DNA of 64,000 nucleotides from Parasitella parasitica NRRL 2501. Taxonomy: Eukaryota; Fungi; Mucoromycota. The position numbers and the translations under genes are program-made. The notes beneath the pieces are model-generated. The model made no database searches, was not told the DNA's origin, and worked only from the letters and a program-made list of their open reading frames with translations. The DNA is taken from assembly GCA_025201805.1 (NCBI GenBank), contig MU619248.1, forward strand, positions 302,060 to 366,059, given 5' to 3'. Below are positions 1 to 12,400 of the stretch, in pieces; position 1 is the stretch's first letter, and every line of letters starts with the position of its first letter.

Positions 1-1050
1 GCTGGTATTATGAAAAAGGTAAAGTATGTTGTACACAAATAGAACAATAGATTGCTGACAAAGTAATAGGCCTATGAATTGAGTACGCTGACAGGAACCC
101 AGATTTTACTCTTGGTTGTATCTGAAACTGGTCTCGTTTATACCTTTACTACGCCAAAACTTCAACCGCTTGTTACAAAGTCTGAAGGAAAGAATTTAAT
201 TCAATCATGCTTGAATGCTCCTGATCCAATTGAACCTACTTCTTTGTCTTCTACAGATCGCAGCCATCAAGAAGCACCTCAACAATCTCGATCTTTCATG
301 GATTCCAATAATCCAACTATGTCTCCGCCCACGGTTAGTACCCATAATCATTATTATTAGGTAGATAGAGGGGTCATATAAAGTGAAAGTAATATTTCAT
401 TAAGTGTGGCTACATATATAATTGTGTGCAAAAAATATCACTTGTGGTTAGAGAAACGTTACGTATACTGTATATTTACGACAATTATGCGTTCACACAC
501 TCACATTTCTGCCCGACTGATCAACACATACACTTACTATACATCTATCTACCTATTTACTACTAGTCAGTTTTACTATATGAATTAGAGGGTGAAATCT
601 TATATTTTATATATTAAACACTTCCTTTTTTTCTATAAAAAAAAATCATACATAGACAAGCAGTAATCATTATCGGCCAAGTCAAACTTCAGATGCCAAT
701 AGTAACACTTACACCGATGACAGAAAGGTATTTTTTGGTGCATTTACCCGCTGCAAAGACTAAAAATAATTACATGACAGAGATTTGGTACTATGATTGC
801 TGCTAATCCTCCTTTAGTATTAAATAGCGCTTTACGATCCAGTTCTGAGCATCAGCAACAAATGCCATCACATTACAGCCCCATGGCATATCCATCTTAC
901 GATAGTAATCCAGCAGACTCAAACACATCATCCACTGCCGGTTCATTATATCCTTATAATTTGTCAGCTCAACCAGATAATATCAGATACTGGAATAGCA
1001 ATACACTTTCCAATAACGTTAATATACGCAAGCGTAATGTTAAACGATAA
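1..1050 (+). CDS. MCM1: SRF/Mcm1-type MADS-box transcription factor (5' end outside window; exons <1-18, 70-333, 656-727, 781-1050)
   Basis: Splicing of GT-AG intron 19-69 joins AGIMKK|AYELSTLTGTQILLLVVSETGLVYTFTTPKLQPLVTKSEGKNLIQSCLNAP, the SRF/Mcm1 MADS core and SAM segment. Later exons stay in frame to TAA at 1050. Confidence 0.9.
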
Positions 1051-1389
1051 ATAGCAGATGAGATCTGCAAATAGTGTACAATATTACAACAGCAATCATG
1101 CTGCTTATGTACCACAATGAATGTCAAAATATCGAATGATTATTACAACTAAATGTCTATGGAAAAAATGATATAAAATAGCCACCGCATTCAATAATAA
1201 AATATTTATTGTGTATGTTCAACCAAATTCAAGAAGTACAAGTCTTTTTTTAGCAAGGATAATGGTACACTGCATCGTCATGCATTGGTCATTTGCAGAG
1301 GCAATAACTAAACAATGTTCAACAAGTGATGCATAGGTTGAAAAATAGAGCATCTTTGAAGACAAGTGCGTTTTCAAAGTAGCTCATGA

Positions 1390-1866
1390 TCAGTTCGCCC
1401 TGGACGCTTCCAATCTGATTTCGGCACCATTGTCATAGATATCAACGCGGCCGCCTGTTTCAACGATTATTTCCTTCCTAATTCCTGAATATGCAACCTA
1501 AATAATAATTTCATTGAGCTTTTGTTTCTTCCGAGACGAGTGACCTACTAAGTACATACATATACTTGTAATTGCGTATGCTTATCCCCGTTAATTGAGT
1601 TCTTGCAATCAGGGGAATCACAGCACTTGGAGGATTTTGGAGGAAAAACACCTAATGAGGGACTACATATAATTACAAACAAGCTTATATGCAAAACTGA
1701 AGAATACTTACCCTTTTGATTTTGCAACTAAGTTTAAACCACCTTGCGTAACTTCTACATTTTTACCACTATGATTGGTAACACAGTATGCCTCCGTTTG
1801 TTTTGCCAACAATAAGGTGTGCATTAGTAGTACAGTTGCGATGAAGCTTTTAATTTTGAATCCCAT
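1390..1866 (-). CDS. Small secreted cysteine-containing protein (~120 aa, 3 exons), absent from the ORF track
   Basis: ATG at 1866 gives MGFKIKSFIATVLLMHTLLLAKQTEA/YCVTNHSG... (signal-peptide-like). Two GT-AG introns (GTAAGT, GTATGT donors) join ...SKG|PSLGVFPPKSSKCCDSPDCKN...QVY|VAYSGIRKEIIVETGGRVDIYDNGAEIRLEASRAN-stop without a frameshift. Confidence 0.75.
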
Positions 1867-2650
1867 TTTAGATGTTTGATTTATTGATTTCCGTTAAGAA
1901 GAAAAGAAAAAAGAAGTATCAGAGAGCAAGCATATTTATATCTGCTCGAAATACTTATTTCCAATAAAGCACAAAGAGACATATTTATATTGTACCGACC
2001 TGCGGAACAATGAAGTTTCTCAATACAATGAATTTTTGCTCTAAAAATGGAAGAAAAACGAACATAGCACATTACATGAGGTACCATTCTTTGTAGCTAA
2101 AAAACGAAATGCGCAAATTTTGTCCGTTTTTAAGAAATAAACGAACTATCTCACAATCCTTACTATACGTTATTTTCAAATGATCTTACATCCCGCAGGA
2201 ACAACGTTTCAGTAATAATTTTCGTTTCGCAGAATACAATTTTCATCATTATTCTGACTCCTTTTTCATGGCAATCATTTATGAATAGAGTTAACAATGA
2301 ATTGTCATGTATAAGAAACCATCGAATTGAATTCTACTTAAACTAAATTCGAAGCAAATAACTTATCGTTAAATATAAATAGGTCTTGCTTTGACTAATA
2401 CCATGCTATAATCTTGTTTTTCGGTCAATTAATATATATTTCAAAGATGATCTAATCGTATTCATAGATTGATTATGCAGATTCATTCTGTATAATTAGG
2501 CAATTTCTTCTCAATCGAAAACGTCCCTAGTTTTGTATCTGGCAAATTAATAGTATTTATTTTTTTCTAATTTCTGTTTAGAACTTAAACGATATTAATA
2601 TTTAAAGGATAGAAATGATTTTATCCTATAGAGCTGATTTGTCGCTATAT

Positions 2651-3058
2651 TGTTGGATAAAAAAAAGATAATAAAAACCAAATGTTAACGAGATACGAAA
2701 ACTTCAAGATACTTTATTTAAGATCGAAATTGCATCTGCTATTTATACTTTTTACAGCTACATAAATTTATGGTGACTTATTTAGATTCCTAATTGACAA
2801 GACTAATTCACAGTGACAATCTACTTGACAAGGTACGATTGAGGTTATACAACAAGGGCTACCCGTCTTTGATCTGACAGTGCCCTAATCTTTATCTCGG
2901 TGCTCAGATCTGTGTTCTACTGGAATAACCTTCTTGATTTGAAACATAGACTTTATTCTCCAATTTACACAAGCGTATCACATCACATCATTGGACAATC
3001 TTCAATCTTTAATTGAAGTACATTGCCATGATCTCCTGTCTATAATTATGGCAGATCA
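2651..3058 (-). mobile_element. Solo LTR (408 bp) with perfect 5-bp TSD TATAT
   Basis: TG...CA termini (TGTTGGAT...GCAGATCA), TATAT at 2646-2650 and 3059-3063. TATAAATAG and AATAAA on the minus strand. Clearly homologous to 58663-59098 and, inverted, to 60217-61652. Confidence 0.9.
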
Positions 3059-4728
3059 TATATTCTCCAGACATTTCATGATGTGATATTATTACTCAAA
3101 TGAATATATACTATACTTTAATGTCTGGCTTCGAATCTCTGATGGTCAACAATGATAATTAGCAACGTAAATATCTTCAGTTTTAGTATCATCATCATAA
3201 AAACTCATATTATATACTTCGTAAAGTCAAGGATTTCAAAGCTTCGAAAATTACAAGAGGACAATAGAAATAGGTCACGTGATTTATTATTTTAAGCTCC
3301 GACACCAAAAATGCGAACGTATTTTTTGCAGATAACTTTTGATAGACAGGCCGCCCAGTGGAAAGCAAGTTATGCTCATATAGCGATGATCATGCCTGTA
3401 CTTATGGCACCTAAGACAGTGATTATTTTGGTCTTTATCGAAGTCTACCTTTGATTTTATTCAATTTTTGCATGGTTTGGGCTGACAATTTTATATACAT
3501 GATTGAAAATATGGATTCGAATGTTGTTGCCAGAGAGTGCCAAGTCAACATTAATTTTGCTAATTTTGATCACGGTTTTACGATTAATTTGTCTGAAATG
3601 TATGATATGCTGATATGCCTATTAAGTTAGAAGTTGAAGAATTGGATGACCACGATATTGTTGTGGCAATGTCAAAGGGCGCAGCGTAATGTTACGTATA
3701 TATGATTTGTATAAAGTAATAAAGACTTTTCTGAATAAAACCAGATACAAAACTGAAGACTTTTATTGACATAAGAGTTGATCTCTATTTATGCTTAAAT
3801 ATATCCCAATCAATGTTTATCGACATAACATCTGATGTTTGACAAGAAGTGTCAAACCTTATTGAACCTTGCAAGAGGTCCAATTACAACAACTTGTAGC
3901 TTATTCAAGATCCTTGCATTATGGCTAAGTTAGATATGACGTATGTAGCCTTTATATGGATACAACAGATATAGCTAAATTTGAGTAAATACTTCGAAAA
4001 TTTGAAGGTAGCAAATGTTTTCAGTTATAGATCGATTTGTGTTGATAATTTGTGCTTATTATAAAAAGTTGTTTGGTTTAAAGCAACCGCTTACTCAAAG
4101 TATGGCACATTGAGGACATGAATTTTTTGAATTTTAAATGACACTTTTATTTGGTATAGTCATGCAAATGAGTAATACTTTCGTTGTTTGTGTTGTATTG
4201 GTGGTAGAAAATACAGTAAAAATGTATTTGTGCGCATTCAAAAGAACAAATGAAACTATTATTTAAAGATTATGGTGGATAAACCAAACAGAATACACGT
4301 ACTTCCAATCATTTTATAATTAGCATTAAGAGCAGCTGTAATGTCATGCATGCATTGTACAAGGCAATAAAAAAAAGGACTCTTTGAAAAGAGAAGCTGC
4401 TGATATAATACACACTATTTGGAAAATGCAAAGAAGCATATCGGCATTTTTGGGCTCTAACTTTTATCCAAAAATTTCTGTGGTATTTTTCTGTCTGTAA
4501 GCTGATATTTTTACGGTATTGCTCCTATCGAATTTCGATCCCTCGTTCTATTCTACACACAGTGCTTTTCAAAATGATACAGATTCTGAACTTTAAAAGT
4601 ATCAAATGTTCTACAAAATTTAAAAAAATGACTTCAACTTCTTTTCTTCTTTTTGCTTCGCGTTTGTGTCCCGCTTCTACCAACAACAACAACAGCATCA
4701 AGAACAACAAAAAGGTCGTCTATCCAGA

Positions 4729-6103
4729 ATGGTTTCTGTCAAATTACAAAAGGAAGAAAACAGAAAAGCTTTCCTTGAGGTGTTCCCTACTCTTGCTGAT
4801 GAAGTTCTTCTCGAGCTCAAAAAATATAATATGCCTGAGGACGCATATGAATGGACAAAAAAGGTAGATGTGCTTGAGTGTGTTAGAAGTAAGGATCGTT
4901 AGCGTTGGACTAACATGATGGGGATGCGGTTCTTTGATTTAGATGTTGTATTACAATGTGCCCGGCGGTAAGTACCGACTATTTTTTTGAGATCAAGGTG
5001 CCTATTCAAACCATCTTCATTTAGGCAAGTTGAACCGTGGTATCTCGGTTGTTGACACAGTTCGTATTTTGAAGGGTGATTCTGTTAGTGATGATGATAT
5101 ATTCAAGGCTACTGTTCTGGGTTGGTTGATTGAATTCGTAAGTTTCGTATCAATATGCCATTTTTTATAATGGACTTAAAATCTGTCATAGCTCCAAGCA
5201 TTCTTTTTGGTTTCTGATGATATCATGGACGCTTCTATTACTCGCCGTGGTCAACCTTGCTGGTACAAGAGCGAAGGTGTTGGTATGGTTGCCATCAACG
5301 ATGCGTTCATTCTCGAATCATGTATCTATATCTTCTTAAAAAAGTATTTTAAAAAGACAGATTACTATATCGAACTTGTTGAATTGTTCCACGAGGTCAC
5401 TTTCCAAACTGAACTCGGCCAACTCTGTGATCTCATCACTGCTCCCGAAGATAACGTTGATTTGAGCAAGTTCTCTATCAAAAAGTAAGTGTTTGGAATA
5501 AGGTTGGCTTTACATGATTTGTGGTGTATTCAAACAAATTATTTCCATCTAGGCATCAGTTTATTGTCATTTATAAGACTGCCTACTACTCTTTCTATCT
5601 TCCTGTTGCATTGGCCATGCATATGGTAAGTTGTCTGGACTCTATTTATTGATAAGGAAGGCTGAGTTAATTCATTCAAATAGGTTGGCATCAAAAATGA
5701 GGATGCTTTCAAGCAATCTCATGATATTCTGATTCCTTTGGGTGAATATTTCCAAGTTCAAGATGATTATTTGGATTGCTACGGAGCCCCTGAGGTTATT
5801 GGTAAAATTGGCACTGATATTATGGATAACAAGTGTTCTTGGTTGGTTAATCAAGCTTTGGCTTTGGCTAATCCTGAGCAGCGTAAGGTTCTCGATGAGA
5901 ATTACGGTCAAAAGAATGCCGAATGTGAAGCCAAAGTCAAGCAACTCTACATTGATCTCGAAATTGAGTCTGTTTATAAGGCTTATGAAGAAAAGTCCTT
6001 CAATGATTTGAATGCATTGATTGAAAAGTTAGATGAGTCCGTGGGCATCAAGAAGATGATCTTTACTGAATTTATGGATAAGATTTATAAGCGTACTAAA
6101 TAA
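4729..6103 (+). CDS. ERG20: Farnesyl pyrophosphate synthase (exons 4729-4863, 4943-4967, 5025-5137, 5192-5484, 5553-5625, 5684-6103)
   Basis: GGKLNRG, FARM motif [35 protein letters not shown] motif [21 protein letters not shown]-terminus KIYKRTK. Confidence 0.97.
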
Positions 6104-6455
6104 TCTAATCTTTTTTGTTTCAATCTAATAATAAAATTCCACTCATGTCCTATGCAAATCAACTTGACTTGGCATAAGGATCTATTGGAGACTTATTGTG
6201 CATTAGTTGTCATGGCAACCAGTTTTGACATATTTTGACACAAACCTGGCCCAATCAAATAGGAACCACTCGTCTCTGGATATCGGTTGCTTCCAGAGCA
6301 CAATGGTACATCCAGAGTACGTCATCATGTTTAGCTGGGGGACTGGCCCTGAGTTATACTGTGGGGAGGGGTTGCTGAAAAAGGACCCAAAGAAAAAGGA
6401 AAGCAAAATTAGTCAATCACCAACTCTTTTTCTGTAATTCTTCACATCGGTTAAA

Positions 6456-7432
6456 ATGGCTTCTCGCTTCACCCGTTTGACTACTTCTGTCCCCAAGGTA
6501 ATAATAATCACAACTTTATCCAAAAAAAGTTTTCGATACTCTCATTCAAACATTGGAATGAAATTTTTAAAGAAAGCACCACGAAATTTATGAAACTGTT
6601 CGACTTATCAAAATACTAAAACGTTGAATTATCTCATAGTTTGCTCGTGGTTACGCCGCTGCTCCTACTTCTATCAAGGTAGATCATTCGAAACAACTCG
6701 GATATTGACATAGATTGGATAGTTAACTGTCGATTTCTCATTAGGCCCCCATCACTCTTTTCGGTCTTGATGGTCGCTATGCTACTGCTCTTTACACCGC
6801 TGCTGCTCGTCAAAACTCTCTTGAAGCGGTTGAGAAGGACCTTAAGGCTCTTTCTCAAGCTGTTGAGAAGGATGCTGCTCTCAAGAGCTTCTTGGAAAAC
6901 CCTACTGTTAACCGTGGTACCAAGATGGAAGGTATCCTCTCCGCTCTGAAGGTCAATGGCAAGCCCAACCAAATTACCCAAAACTTTTTCGAGACTCTCG
7001 CCGAGAATGGTCGTTTGGACCAAACCACCAAGGTCTCTGTAGCTTTTGCTGAATTGATGAGTGCTCATCGTAATGAATTGCCTCTTGTCGTAACCTCTGC
7101 CAAGGTAGGATCGAGTTCCTTGTATAATGATTAAATCATTTCTGACATTTTGTTGTTTATTTACTAGGCCTTGGATAAGTCTGCTTTGAATAAGATTGTT
7201 GACTCTCTTCAAAAGTCTAACCTCGCCGAAGGCAAGAAACTCCTTGTTTCTAACAAAGTTAAGCCTGATATTCTTGGTGGTATTATGGTTGAGATTGGAG
7301 ATAAGAGCATTGATTTGACTGTCTCAGCTAAGCTCGCCAAGTTGAATAAGTTGATCACTGGTAAGTTGAACTAGAATTTCCTAATTACTATGGCTAAAGA
7401 TAATAATATTCTTGATAATAGATTCCGTTTAA
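6456..7432 (+). CDS. ATP5: Mitochondrial ATP synthase OSCP (delta-like) subunit, 5 exons
   Basis: Presequence MASRFTRLTTSVPK|FARGYAAA, then APITLFGLDGRYATALYTAA, NFFETLAENGRL, VKPDILGGIMVEIGDKSIDLTV. Last micro-exon ends D-S-V-TAA at 7432. Confidence 0.95.
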
Positions 7433-7710
7433 ATATTATACTATTGCTCTTTATTATTATAAAAAATTCAAGAAGGAATTTATTCTTGTATACATATTTT
7501 GTCTTTACATTTCACTGGTTTTAAATTTAATCGAATGTTGGTAACTTTTATCTCTCATATTGTCTACAACGAATAACCGAATGCTAGAAAAAACTCATGA
7601 AAATCATGTACAACCTGCTTTTTTAAGTTATTTATATACTAGATATTTTGTGGTTTTTTGGAGATTTTTCTTTTGCACTCTTTCCCTCTTTTTTTCTTTA
7701 TAGTTTAAAA

Positions 7711-8784
7711 ATGGCTTCCTTGCCGAATTCAATCGATAATACTGCTAATAATGTCATTAGTCATCCACCGCCTACCTTACTAACAAATAATTATCCAATC
7801 GCACCCACCATCTTGCCTTCATCGAATATACCAACGCCATCTTTGCAATTAACGCTTAGAGAAAACATCCCCGTAGAAATTTCTTCCACAGCTTCAGTGC
7901 CATGTACCACAATATCAAACCATAATGATATTTTATATTATTACCGGGAGCCATCCACATACAAAAATGGTCAAGAAAATCAACAAGGCATGAAAGAGCT
8001 TCTATTACTACTATATGACATACATAAAAATCCCATTTGGAAGCTAGAAAATCAAGATAGACACGGCATGACGCTATTATATGAAAACACAAAGGTTAAA
8101 TTATCAACTACTCCGCCGCAATTTAGATTCACATTAAATGATCAAGTATACCACTGGCAAATTCAACCACAAAAGTCTTCGTATAGTCTCAAATGTTTCC
8201 AAACTGAAAAAAAGAATCTGGTTGCTGAATTGAATGAAAATCAATTAAGTCTATATTATCAAAACAACGGGCACAACCCGTTTCGAAAACTAACTCAAAT
8301 CGATCATCATACAACACTGTTTATTTTGTCTGGGTTGTTGGTAAACCATTATCTCAAACACCTATTAAAATCGTTAGGCGGCGGGCCTGAAGCCCTGAAG
8401 ATGACGGTAGATCCCAGTGAAGTTTATATTAGTGGTAGCAAAATAAAATCCTCTCCTGGTTTCCATCATGAGCAGGAGAATGACGAGGAGGAAGATGATG
8501 ATGTTGCGAGTTTATCATACTATCCAGGACATCAAAGTCTAGTATATGTTGGGGACCCAAATAACAGATGGTCGTCATCTGCACAATCTTCTAAAAGCAT
8601 CGAACTAGACCCTGGACTATGGCACTGCTGGTGGGGATATACATTTTGGTGGTCTTGGTTCTCATGCTGCATGCCAGGTGGATATTGTGATAAAGCTCGC
8701 TTTCGATTGAAAGGGCATAATAGACCAAAAATAAGAACTTCTAGGACATTATCGAAACAAGGATGGCAGCAGCAACATTATTGA
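7711..8784 (+). CDS. Hypothetical intronless protein (~357 aa) with a Trp/Cys-rich C-terminal segment
   Basis: Long open frame from ATG 7711 with Pro-rich N-terminus, a globular-looking middle (FRFTLNDQVYHWQ...LKCF...LVAEL), an acidic patch and GLWHCWWGYTFWWSWFSCCMPGGYC. AATAAA downstream. Confidence 0.75.
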   Translation: MASLPNSIDNTANNVISHPPPTLLTNNYPIAPTILPSSNIPTPSLQLTLRENIPVEISSTASVPCTTISNHNDILYYYREPSTYKNGQENQQGMKELLLLLYDIHKNPIWKLENQDRHGMTLLYENTKVKLSTTPPQFRFTLNDQVYHWQIQPQKSSYSLKCFQTEKKNLVAELNENQLSLYYQNNGHNPFRKLTQIDHHTTLFILSGLLVNHYLKHLLKSLGGGPEALKMTVDPSEVYISGSKIKSSPGFHHEQENDEEEDDDVASLSYYPGHQSLVYVGDPNNRWSSSAQSSKSIELDPGLWHCWWGYTFWWSWFSCCMPGGYCDKARFRLKGHNRPKIRTSRTLSKQGWQQQHY

Positions 8785-9461
8785 ATGTCTGTATACGTTG
8801 GTTTAGTTTGGCGTTTATTCTTTCCGCGTTGTATGTAATTTCCCCCTCCCCACCTTACCCTTGTAGCAATGTATTATCTATCCTTAAATTATATAATAAA
8901 TCATTATCTTTATGTGTATGTAGAGATGATATAAAGCATTAATTCACTTGACACTTGTGCATGAGCATACTATTGGATGCATATGCAATGGTAAAAAAAA
9001 AAGCACTTTGTAGGCAAATATTGTATGCACTTTGATAAATAATTTAATGTGAGTGTACTGATTTATCACTCCATATTACAGCCCGGTTTGCATTTACGTA
9101 ACAAATCTCAACTAGCTCCCCCTTTACATCATATATCAACACGCCCCTCACAAGCTACTAATTAATATAGTAATATCAGCCCATTTTTTGACCGGAAAAG
9201 TGAATTTTAGCAATGAACATGGATTACTTGCGCATGAGCAACTCGAAATGACAAAGAATTCTTATGTATATAACTTGTAAGCCTTCACCTGAAGTGTTTC
9301 CTTAAAAGATACGCTATCAATTTTAAGGTTATCTCGCAAATGGCAACAAATCCTCAATCTAGTTCTTGAAAACATTCTAGTTCGTGTTTAATTATTATGC
9401 GTACGAAATGCATCTTTATTATATAAGTATGAAATTTTTAAAACTAAAGCTGATGATTTAT

Positions 9462-12400
9462 CTAAATTTTGAGGGCTTCCTCGATGCAAAAATTAATGAA
9501 ATCTTTTCTATAAGACATGTTCATGCCAAAGTGTCGACTGAGCTGTTCTCTTACTTGCTTTTTGGTCATTGTCATAAGATCTGCTGTCGCGGTGATACGT
9601 TGTACTTCTCTACGAATTTCCTCGTCAGTGGGATGGTATACGTTATTGTTATCCAGCATCGTGTTATTATTGACCATGGAGGGATACATGCCACCGCCAT
9701 AAGTAAGACTTGCTTCACTGTAGATAGAAGGAGCAGACATCATTGGCATAGACATTGGCGGGTGTTGCTGCATTGGAGCCATGTTTAATACAGAAGGTGG
9801 GCCCATCACAATGGACGATGCCCGTCCTGCTAGATTTTGATGCGAATATCTAAAACTAGCGTTGTCGTTGAAGGCTTGTCCACCACCATTGATGATACTG
9901 CCAGCTGCTGTAGCAGCAATTGGCATTTGATGCATGCTAGATGCATAGTTTGCAACAGGTGTCATATAGCCATTGTTCGTCGGAGCGTAGCCTACAACAG
10001 GCGGCAAACCGGATGCTGTGCGACGGGTTGTGGATGAGGTGATAGTTGTACCTCGAGTCTCTGCAGAGCCTGTTTCCCACAATTCGTTCTCATGATCACT
10101 CCATTTCTTGAGTGGGATTGATTTGGGATCAAATTTGCCTTCATCAGCTGGCAACATCTTCTTTTGACCATCGTCACCTAGAACCAAACGAGTGTTGCCC
10201 CAAGAAAAGTCGTCAAAATGCCAGAAAGAGTACATCGGTATGAAGAAAGAGAAAAGTGGGATGGCTAAAATGTACACAATCATCCATCCAATATGCTCCC
10301 ACTAAAAAGATCAGTTAAGAACAGCACCATTATACACAAGCATACTCAAGGCTTACCTTTCTGCGAACAATGAAAATGATGGCTTGTAGACCATACACAC
10401 CGCACAATGTAATGATAGAGATGAATGGAACTTGACCAGCATTTGTGGCTAGTCGATATATCAAAAAGCCCAGATAACAGACGACTGCAGGCATCACTAG
10501 TGTGCTTAGGAGATCTAGAATAACGACAAAACGCATAGAAAAACAGCAGAAGCCGCACAATTGAGGCAAGAACACCAACTCACCAAGATTATGAATGGTG
10601 GAGTTGATCCATCGGCGTCTTTGAGACAGCAGCACACTCCATCTGTCAGGAGCGTTGGTAAGGCATCCAGCATCAGCAGTGAATTTCGTTTTATAAGTTG
10701 GAAAGTGCTTTAGGATCAACGTAGTCAAGTAGCGATCTTCACCCAAATGAAGCAGATTTTTTTGATGCAGCGTATTGACTCTATTTTCTGCGTAATCGAC
10801 AATTACTTGATTACTCACTAGCAAGGGCTGGTTTTTGCCGGGAGAGCGGATACGATACATACAGAAACAGCCAGGCAAGCAAGTTACAGAGCCAAACAAA
10901 GATTCAAATGCTTTGGACAAGAAATGGGAGATATAGTATTCATAAACCTGGATCATGGTAACCCAACTGTCCTTTTCATTAGCCAACTTGGTTTCGCCAC
11001 AGAGGCCAATAACCTTTGAATCATGAACAAAACAAGAGACCATGCGATTTAGAGAATCAGGCAGCACTTCAGTATCTGCATCCACCATGAGCACAAATTC
11101 GTAGAAACTAGGATTCACGCCAATAACGTTCTTGATTTGATGATATATCTCGAGCTCCATGGGTGTCATTGGCGACTCAAAGTGCACCTTGTTCAAGAAT
11201 CTCATTAAGACCATTTGCGAATCACGTTTACCTCTGTTGCCTGGTTTTTGCCTTTCATTGGGAGCGCCTACTTTAACAACAACCACATAAGGGACAACAT
11301 GACCTGAGCATTCATAGAGCCCTGAATAGATTTTGGCTGTATTGTGCTGCTTGATTCCATCACCCAAAGACAGGAAGGATAAAGGCTCAGGGTCCACATT
11401 TGAATCTACGCCAAGAATGTCGAGCACGATGCGAGGAGTAGGCCGATCATTACCACTACCAACAATCATGCCATCGCACACCAAAAAGAGTAATTTGCGT
11501 TTATCGTCATAGCGCAAAACTGCAATCGAGTCAATAGTCTTTCTGAGCGACTCTTCACTTTCGGTATAACAAGGCACCTGGCACACGATAAATTTATCAT
11601 AGTCCTCTGGCTCACGGAAGGAGCTCAACTGCAATGCGGCCAAGAACTTGAACAAGATAACGGCACACAGAAACCCTGTAACAATCAATAAAAAGTATTC
11701 TGAAAATTGGCATTGGAGAGATCTTCTCGTGTCCAGTTTACCAACAAAAAACAGATTTCGAAGGCAAACAAGTTGACGCACCCTCAGATCCTCTGAAATA
11801 GGAAGCGCATCAAAATGATTAGAGATATCAGTTCCAGCCAGTTGGCGGAATAGCTGTACAATACTGTTGTCCATAAAGTTCAAATCCAAATTTGCGGGAG
11901 GGGTTATGCCTTCAGGGGCTCGGGGAGCTCTGCCGCCCATGAGATAGTAAGTCAAATCATAAACATCGCCGTGCAGGATGGCCCAGCTTCTGTGCGTGCT
12001 GATATCGCCAACATTGACCACATTGTTTGCTTGACGAAGGATGTCCGCTGGCTCGTAGCCCATAAATCCTAAACGGTAGTTCTTGCGCATGTACACCATC
12101 TGTTCGAAATACCAATCAGGCCGATAATCGTTTGTAAAGAATCTAAAATCATGATAAGCAGCGTTGCGATCTGTCAAATTGACTTGGAAATCAAGGACGA
12201 GCTCTTCAGGAATTCTCCCGGTAGTGCCATCACAGAGAGCAGAGACTTGGACAGGAAACAGATTCGTGGCATCTTTGCCCGCATAATCGTAAATGACATT
12301 ATCAGGTATCACTTCAGAAGCCCAGTGATGAGGAGCAAATTTAGTCAAGTCAAACACTTCTCCACGGATAGCGACATAGGCACTGTCCTTGTCCGTCTTG

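Noticed and set aside
3330-4020. Decayed coding-like sequence here and at 18480-18780, 23440-23800, 54100-54400, 54840-55200 and 63500-63790
   Set aside because: No motif I can assign and no consistent open or spliced frame.
4562-4867. Out-of-frame ORF overlapping the ERG20 start (possible uORF)
   Set aside because: Its ATGs (4574, 4628) probably precede the pyrimidine-rich TSS region, the product is low complexity, and there is no support without TSS data.
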